From: Candidatus Hadarchaeota archaeon
GTDB taxonomy: Archaea > CAYQAE01 > CAYVLA01
Reading direction: 5' to 3'
Assembly (NCBI GenBank): GCA_964452145.1
Contig: CAYVLA010000056.1
Span: 1 to 20,386 of the forward strand
Length of the DNA: 20,386 nt
Positions within the stretch are counted from its first letter, which is position 1; each line of letters opens with the position of its first letter. The position numbers were made by a program, and so were the translations under genes. This document shows positions 15,131-20,386 of the stretch, in pieces. The notes under the pieces are model-generated. The model did not search any database. It worked only from the letters and a program-made list of their open reading frames with translations, and had not been told where the DNA came from.

Positions 15131-15625
15131 ATGCTTACGAGAGGTGGGTCTGTCATCCTGTTCCTATGTGCTTGCGGCTCGGCCATGATCTTGTCAGGCT
15201 GCATATTCCCCAACGAGAAGGTAAGCATAGACATCTACGGACCCGATCAAATAAACCCCAACGTCACAAACCCGAAAGGCCTGAGGATCAGGATCGACAA
15301 CAACGTACAAGAAGACTTCAACGACATGCTGGTGACGATCACTGTCCCGGAGAACATCATCTTCTCGGGGTATGTGTCCGGCAGGCCGCTGAACAAGACC
15401 GTCGAGGTGGAGGCGGGAAGGATCCTCTGGGTCTACAGATTCACCGCTAGCCTCGCGGCCGGGGCCACCTCGGAGTACCCCTTCTCCTACACTGCGAACA
15501 TATACGAAGCCGACTTCAAAGGCAAGGATGAGTACAGCTTCGACATAAGGGTCATGGTCCGCGATGCTGGAGGCGTTTCTCTGGGCAATGTGACTGCGAC
15601 GTGGCGCGTGACTAGGCCCTACTAG
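15131..15625 (+). CDS. Putative secreted lipoprotein with beta-rich (Ig/CARDB-like) domain
   Basis: GGAGGT SD before ATG; hydrophobic signal ending in lipobox LSGC; alternating beta-strand pattern. The fold is inferred. Confidence 0.7.
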   Translation: MLTRGGSVILFLCACGSAMILSGCIFPNEKVSIDIYGPDQINPNVTNPKGLRIRIDNNVQEDFNDMLVTITVPENIIFSGYVSGRPLNKTVEVEAGRILWVYRFTASLAAGATSEYPFSYTANIYEADFKGKDEYSFDIRVMVRDAGGVSLGNVTATWRVTRPY

Positions 15626-15671
15626 GGTGAGGACTCCACAGCCGCTCGTGCCCTACCGGGTCCGACTCAAA

Positions 15672-15679
15672 TTTATATA
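15672..15679 (+). promoter_or_regulatory. Probable TATA box for DUF47 gene
   Basis: TTTATATA about 40 nt upstream of ATG 15716. Confidence 0.55.
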
Positions 15680-15715
15680 CCGATTCCGGGTTCCCTATCT
15701 TGGCATGGTGGACAG

Positions 15716-16393
15716 ATGGGCACCGAGAGGTTTTACCCCCTACTGAAGGTCAAGAAGGGCCAGGAGGCTCTGCAAAGCTTCGGGCCACATATGGAATTCA
15801 TCGTTCAGTGCGTTGAGGGGGTCAAGCAGAACGTGGCGGCTCTCTGCAACGGGAGAACGGAGGACATTCAGAAGACCTCACAGCAGGTGTTTGCCAGCGA
15901 GCGTAAAGCCGATGTAATCGCCCGCGAGATGATGAAGAACCTTTCCGTGGGCGATCTCAGGCCCAAGTTCCGGGAGGACCTCCTCAGGATTCTGTTCTAC
16001 CTGGAGCAGATCGGCCGATACGCCGAGGAATGCGCCTTTGAGACCTCCATAGTCGATGTCGGCTGCTTGGACGACGAGGCGAGGTCGGTCTTGAAGGCGA
16101 TGGCCGAGAACTCTTATCTGACGGTCAAGGAGCTCTCCAGGGCCGTGAGGGAGCTCACCTACAACCTGGACCTTGTTGTGGAGCACGGCAATAAGGTGGC
16201 CGAGTTGGAGGACAGGGTCGACCATGACAGGCGGAAACTGGTGGGGCACATCACCGGCATGGGTGACTCGATCAAGACCAACGTGGCGAACTTCCTCTCG
16301 ATCAGCCGACTTGTGGATGCCTTGGAGGAGGTGGCCGACTGCGCCGAGGACACGGCCGACCACGTAAGGGTCCTGGCCATATCCTACATCTAG
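15716..16393 (+). CDS. DUF47/PhoU-like phosphate transport regulator
   Basis: Helical repeat with ExxxD motifs (ERKAD, EDRVD, EEVAD..EDTAD), REDLLR; 225 aa. Confidence 0.85.
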   Translation: MGTERFYPLLKVKKGQEALQSFGPHMEFIVQCVEGVKQNVAALCNGRTEDIQKTSQQVFASERKADVIAREMMKNLSVGDLRPKFREDLLRILFYLEQIGRYAEECAFETSIVDVGCLDDEARSVLKAMAENSYLTVKELSRAVRELTYNLDLVVEHGNKVAELEDRVDHDRRKLVGHITGMGDSIKTNVANFLSISRLVDALEEVADCAEDTADHVRVLAISYI

Positions 16394-16411
16394 TACTCCG
16401 CCCCGCGACGG

Positions 16412-17752
16412 CTACCAGAAGACCCTGTATCGACCGCCCCGCCTTTCCACGTACTTGGTTGTCTGGGGAGATGCCACCTGTGGCCCCGCCCCTTTGGGTG
16501 CCGGGTACCTCTCTTCAAGGAATCCCAAGATCCTGGCATAGGGTATCCGGTAGGACGTGCCGGCTCTCGAATACGGCATGACGGGGTAGTCGGTCAGCTT
16601 CGCGAAATCCTCTTCCAACTTCTCATCGACCAGAAGGAGGAGGTTCTCGATGCCCGCCTTCCTCAACTCCTCTAGCTTGGCCTTCTTCTTCCTCCTGTAT
16701 TCGGGCAGCCAGAATCCGATCACCTCTACGAGCACCTCGGAATTCCCCCTCGTTAGCTTGAAGTCTGGTATGAAGACCGTCCCGGTCCCCTCGCAGACGA
16801 CGGGCGAGGGTTCGCGTTCCACCCGCCAGCCCCCAAGATCGACGGCCCTGAAGGTGCTGAATACCTTGGCCTCGACCTTGCTGTCGAAGAGCTGGAGCTT
16901 GAGGTCGCCTACGTTGGGCCACGAGAGATCGGGCAGATCCGAGATCCGGCAGGCATACTCCAGGGCTCTCTTGGACTTCCTGAATAGGATCGAGAGGTTG
17001 CAGTCGAAATCCCTCCTCAGGGCGAGCTGACGAAGCCTGTAGACCAGAAGGGTGTGACGGTATCCGAACTTCGAAGCCCTGCCGAACAGGCCTAGGGGCC
17101 CGTCCACCTCGAAAACCAGGCCGCCCTCGGCCTTGACTAATCTGTAAAACAGGCCGTAGAGCCGCAGGGCGCGAAACGCAAACTTTGCGGGCAAGCCCTG
17201 CCCAATCGGCCCAAGGGTGGCGGCCTGGCTGTTGCACAGGATCGCAGAAAGAACCTCCAGGTTGTAGGCTCCTTTGAGGCTATCCGGGGGAGCGTCCGAC
17301 AGCCTGACCAGTGCCCTGCTATCCCCCTCGTCCAGCCAGAGCGCCTGCTCCAGGGAGACTGCATCAAGGCCCAGTCGAGCGGCAAACTCCGCCAGTGCGC
17401 GACCCCTTTCCTCGGTGCTCATGAACCCTGAATACCTCTCCGTCAGGAACTCGTACAGACGAAGCCGAAGTTCCATGCAATCGTTGATGCCTGCTCTAGA
17501 GAGGCTTTGGAGGACCGAATCCTCGAGCACCTCGTTCAGCTCATGACTGCGGAAGGAGTAGTATCTCGTTAGAACCGATAGGCCGATCTCGGCAGTTTTC
17601 GGGTTCGAGAAGCATCGCCTGAACTCTTGCTCATCGACATCGCCCCGCCTGCTACCTAGCTGCGACTCGAAAAGGTCCCTCGCCCTCGCCATTTCCATCT
17701 CGGTCCCATCATCAGCAAAAGCGGGGTGGGCCCTCCCCTTCCTGATCGACAT
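16412..17752 (-). CDS. DUF790 family (Bax1-like) predicted endonuclease
   Basis: YNL, FEVDGPLGLF...KFG, FDSKVEAKVF, WRVEREP, FIPDF, VEVIGFW PD-(D/E)XK-type motifs. The true start may be ACG at 17776 (see findings). Confidence 0.85.
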   Translation of the reverse strand: MSIRKGRAHPAFADDGTEMEMARARDLFESQLGSRRGDVDEQEFRRCFSNPKTAEIGLSVLTRYYSFRSHELNEVLEDSVLQSLSRAGINDCMELRLRLYEFLTERYSGFMSTEERGRALAEFAARLGLDAVSLEQALWLDEGDSRALVRLSDAPPDSLKGAYNLEVLSAILCNSQAATLGPIGQGLPAKFAFRALRLYGLFYRLVKAEGGLVFEVDGPLGLFGRASKFGYRHTLLVYRLRQLALRRDFDCNLSILFRKSKRALEYACRISDLPDLSWPNVGDLKLQLFDSKVEAKVFSTFRAVDLGGWRVEREPSPVVCEGTGTVFIPDFKLTRGNSEVLVEVIGFWLPEYRRKKKAKLEELRKAGIENLLLLVDEKLEEDFAKLTDYPVMPYSRAGTSYRIPYARILGFLEERYPAPKGAGPQVASPQTTKYVERRGGRYRVFW

Positions 17753-17780
17753 CTTGATCTGGCTCAGCGATACCGTGACC

Positions 17781-17791
17781 GATCACCTCCT
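17781..17791 (-). promoter_or_regulatory. Perfect 11-nt Shine-Dalgarno AGGAGGTGATC
   Basis: Exact complement of the conserved 16S 3' end GAUCACCUCCU, overlapping the fibrillarin stop codon. Confidence 0.6.
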
Positions 17792-18481
17792 TGGCTCCCG
17801 GGGCGCCCGGATGCCGATGGCCATGTGGTCCTTGTCAAAGGGTTCTAGGCAGACCGTCTCTGCCACCTGGATCCCATCCGACCTGAGTCGGCCAAGCTCT
17901 ATCTTGAAGATCTCGGATGGCCTCTTCGCGACATCGACGCTTCTGGCCTTGAGCATGAGCAGTCCCGAGCCTTCATCCCTCAGATAGGCACGAGCATTGG
18001 AGCAGAATATCTCGGCCTGATTGGGTTGTGCGACATCCTGGTATATGAAGTCGGCCTCGGCAACGATGTGGGCATAGTCCTCCGGTCGTCTGGCGTCCGC
18101 CAGGACCGGAACCATGTTCCTCCTGGCCGCGCATGTCCTCAGCAGTTCCTTCATGGGTCGCGGCGCGAACTCGATGCAGAACACGATCCCCTCGAGGCCA
18201 ACGATGTCCGAGATATAGGAGGCGGTCGTACCCGCAGCTGCGCCAAGGTAGAGCACGGTTGTTCCTCTCCTCAGCGCCAGGCTCTTGAGACCGTTCAGAA
18301 TCGCTGCGGATAGCTTGCTGCGATATGGGGACCATAGCCTATACTCGACGCCCTCCAGGCTGAGAAGCCGCTCCCCCATGAGTTGGTTTCCGGGGACCAG
18401 ATTCCGCGTGGCAAGATACCAACGTCCCCCCTCTTCAAGGAGGCATACTCCTTCGAGATCTTCCGGCAGTCCGTGGGACAA
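17783..18481 (-). CDS. flpA: Fibrillarin-like rRNA/tRNA 2'-O-methyltransferase
   Basis: YRLWSPYRSKLSAAI, VLYLGAAAGTTASY, IEFAPR, DARRP, QDVAQPNQ, KARSVD, LEPFDKDH. Confidence 0.96.
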   Translation of the reverse strand: MSHGLPEDLEGVCLLEEGGRWYLATRNLVPGNQLMGERLLSLEGVEYRLWSPYRSKLSAAILNGLKSLALRRGTTVLYLGAAAGTTASYISDIVGLEGIVFCIEFAPRPMKELLRTCAARRNMVPVLADARRPEDYAHIVAEADFIYQDVAQPNQAEIFCSNARAYLRDEGSGLLMLKARSVDVAKRPSEIFKIELGRLRSDGIQVAETVCLEPFDKDHMAIGIRAPREPRR

Positions 18482-18484
18482 GGC

Positions 18485-19087
18485 CTAGCCCTTCCTAACG
18501 ATCGGGCCCTTGGGCGTTTCCTCCCTGTGGATGACGCCCTCAAAGGTGGAGATGTGCGTGTCCTGATCGATCCAAGCCGTCAGGGGAAGGCCGGCCTTTC
18601 TGCAGGTCTGGGAGAGAAACTCCTCCGCGTCCCATCCCTGTTCGACCGCTACCTGAGGCAGCAAGAGGCCCTGATACCACCCCTTCCTGACGATCAGGCC
18701 ATGTCTGCCCACCTCCACCAACTTGGGTAGGTCGGAGGATTTCTTTGCCTTGATCACTTCGGGAGGCGTCAAGACGGTCACCTCGATGATCAGGGCGTTG
18801 AGCTCATCCCTGCGAACCGGCGGAAACCTCGGGTCCCGAGAGCAGGCAGACACGGCGGAGTCTACGATCGCCTCGATCAGCGGTGAGTCGGGGTAGGGGT
18901 GGCCGATGCATCCCCTAAGCAAGTCATCCGGATGGGTGGTCAGGGTGACGAATGCCCCGGCCTTGGCTCTCAGTTTGGCCGGGGTCTCAGCCGGAACGGG
19001 CACGATCTGTCTGTGCACCACATGCTCCTCGACGGCCTTCCTAGCCGTCTGCACCAGGAACCGGCCTTCCTCGAGCGTGATCTCCAT
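18485..19087 (-). CDS. AMMECR1 domain protein (TIGR00296-like)
   Basis: GAFVTL, LRGCIG, DPRFPP, VGRHGL, GLLLPQV, CRKAGL. Start ATG 19087 (MEITLEEG). Confidence 0.93.
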   Translation of the reverse strand: MEITLEEGRFLVQTARKAVEEHVVHRQIVPVPAETPAKLRAKAGAFVTLTTHPDDLLRGCIGHPYPDSPLIEAIVDSAVSACSRDPRFPPVRRDELNALIIEVTVLTPPEVIKAKKSSDLPKLVEVGRHGLIVRKGWYQGLLLPQVAVEQGWDAEEFLSQTCRKAGLPLTAWIDQDTHISTFEGVIHREETPKGPIVRKG

Positions 19088-19568
19088 GGTCAGGGCCCCT
19101 GACCAAGCAGGCGTTGGCATCATTAATCTTTTTCCCAATGTTGTCCCAGTGCCTTCCCTGCCAGTAGATCTTGCCGCAGTGTGAGCAGATCCAGAAGTCG
19201 GATTTGTGTCTACGCACCTTCTCGGGCACCTTTTCAAGCTGGCGCGTGTCAACCACCGGTGCCAGCTCTCCATTGCACAAGGCGCATCTCGATACCGTCG
19301 GATCCAGACGTACGACCTGTTTTCCGATCCTGCTCAATAGCTCGACTAGTTGTTCATCCAGGTGAGAACTCGATAGATGGACGCAGTTGATGCCCATTCT
19401 TTGGCCCTGCTCTACCAGCCTTCTGTCCCGCGTGAGCAGAACCCGGCCCTCCTCAGATGCCGTTCTCAAGAGCTCCAGATCATCCCGGACGTCGGATCGC
19501 GTGTCGAAGCCCAGGAGCCTAAGCCACCTAGACAACCGTCCCAACATCACGTCAGCAACGAAGCGCAT
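19041..19568 (-). CDS. Mut7-C/DUF82 PIN-fold RNase domain protein with Zn ribbon
   Basis: FVADVMLGRLSRWLRLLGFD, LLTRD, SRCALCNG...CSHCGKIYWQGRHW. Confidence 0.92.
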   Translation of the reverse strand: MRFVADVMLGRLSRWLRLLGFDTRSDVRDDLELLRTASEEGRVLLTRDRRLVEQGQRMGINCVHLSSSHLDEQLVELLSRIGKQVVRLDPTVSRCALCNGELAPVVDTRQLEKVPEKVRRHKSDFWICSHCGKIYWQGRHWDNIGKKINDANACLVRGPDHGDHARGRPVPGADG

Positions 19569-19581
19569 TTCGATCAGGTCT

Positions 19582-20385
19582 TCAGGGCACCAGCCTGAGG
19601 CGGTCCCTCGGGAAGAGACAGACCTCCCGGATGTTATGCCTTCCCGTGAGGACCATCATCAACCTCTCAACTCCTATTGCCCATCCCGCGTGGGGAGGCA
19701 TCCCATATCGGAACGCCTTCAGGTGGTAGTCGAAGTCACGGGGATTCAGTCCCCTCTCCTCCAAGCGTTTCTCCAGCAAAAACCTGTCATGGACCCTCTG
19801 TCCCCCCGAGGCGAGTTCCAGGTGCCGCCACATCATATCGAATCCTTCGGAGAGCCCGTCGCCCTTCGGCTGGATGTAGAAGGGCTTGAGTGAGTCCGGC
19901 CAGTTCACGATGAAATACGGGCCTCTTATCTCGCTTCCGATCTTCTTGGACGCCACGGTGCCCAGATCGTCTCCCCAGCGGACCTTGGCGCCCTTCTTGG
20001 AGGCAATGCTTATCGCCTCGTCGTATGTGAGGACGAGGAGGGGAAGGGATATGGGCCTGAGCTTGGATCCCGACAGCTTCAGGAGCTGGCGATCGTTGCG
20101 GAGAACCTCGCTCACCACTCTGGCAAGAAGCCTTTCCGCTACCCCCATCACGTCCCTGCAGGATGCGTAGGCCTGCTCGATGTCGATCGACATGGACTCG
20201 TTGAGGTGTCTTGTGGTGTTATGGCTCTCGGCCCTGAAGATGGGCGTGATCTCCCACACCTTCTCAAAGACCGGAACCATCTCTTCCTTGTAGAGTTGGG
20301 GGCTCTGTGCGAGGAAGGCCTCCCGCTCGAAGTATGCTATGGGGAAGAGCTCGGTGCCTCCCTCGGACGCCGATGCTATTATTTT
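19582..20385 (-). CDS. aspS: Aspartyl-tRNA synthetase (archaeal type), 5' end outside window
   Basis: Frame open to the window edge: KIIASASEGGTELF...LAQSPQLYKE, FRAESHNTTRHLNE, ELASGGQRVH, YGMPPHAGWAIGVERL, LFPRD. Confidence 0.95.
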   Translation of the reverse strand, partial: KIIASASEGGTELFPIAYFEREAFLAQSPQLYKEEMVPVFEKVWEITPIFRAESHNTTRHLNESMSIDIEQAYASCRDVMGVAERLLARVVSEVLRNDRQLLKLSGSKLRPISLPLLVLTYDEAISIASKKGAKVRWGDDLGTVASKKIGSEIRGPYFIVNWPDSLKPFYIQPKGDGLSEGFDMMWRHLELASGGQRVHDRFLLEKRLEERGLNPRDFDYHLKAFRYGMPPHAGWAIGVERLMMVLTGRHNIREVCLFPRDRLRLVP

Positions 20386-20386
20386 G

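Noticed and set aside
14719..15234. 171-aa minus-strand ORF with CNMCG, and the 36-aa ORF from ATG 15046
   Set aside because: The long ORF overlaps lonB and the lipoprotein gene, crosses a TATA box, and has only one CxxC and no recognisable domain. The short ORF has no motif; a leaderless peptide cannot be strictly excluded.
17781..17791. GATCACCTCCT as a 16S rRNA 3' end fragment
   Set aside because: No flanking rRNA sequence; it is the reverse complement of an SD within the fibrillarin 3' end.
2021..19043. Pyrrolysine or other TAG recoding
   Set aside because: No internal TAG interrupts any conserved gene, and TAG falls at the expected C-termini (PolB and FEN1 PIP boxes, CarS, IdsA, EF-1beta).
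104..20170. Numerous antisense and alternate-frame ORFs in the track (e.g. 2084-2752, 7865-8488, 9154-9867, 14070-14837, 16623-17237)
   Set aside because: Shadow ORFs of well-supported genes in GC-rich DNA, with no recognisable motifs.
1..20386. tRNA genes, CRISPR arrays, transposases, integrases, defence islands
   Set aside because: No cloverleaf/T-loop signature, repeat-spacer array or mobile-element ORF was recognised by eye.

Overview
GC-rich archaeal chromosomal window, densely coding, with about 24 mostly housekeeping genes. In order: polB (5'-truncated by the window), a HAD hydrolase, fen, rps17e, rpoK, carS, GGPP synthase, an uncalled 46-aa C4 zinc-finger microprotein, EF-1beta, a DUF1610-like Zn-ribbon protein, dacZ-like diadenylate cyclase, tetraether synthase (tes), DUF460, rio2, htpX, AK6/Fap7-type kinase, lonB, a putative lipoprotein, DUF47/PhoU-like, DUF790/Bax1-like nuclease, fibrillarin, AMMECR1, Mut7-C RNase and aspS (5'-truncated). 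No tRNA, rRNA, CRISPR array or transposase was recognised. Two signals are not explained by the ORF track. (1) A roughly 250-290-nt intergenic element between lonB and the lipoprotein gene folds on the minus strand into a multi-helix RNA, lies behind a TATA box and is flanked by 12-bp direct repeats; it is a candidate uncharacterised ncRNA or small element. (2) Two genes (tes, DUF790) have apparently conserved N-termini upstream of any ATG/GTG/TTG, with an in-frame ACG just behind a Shine-Dalgarno motif, suggesting non-canonical ACG initiation or single-base errors. All family assignments come from motif recognition, not database searches.
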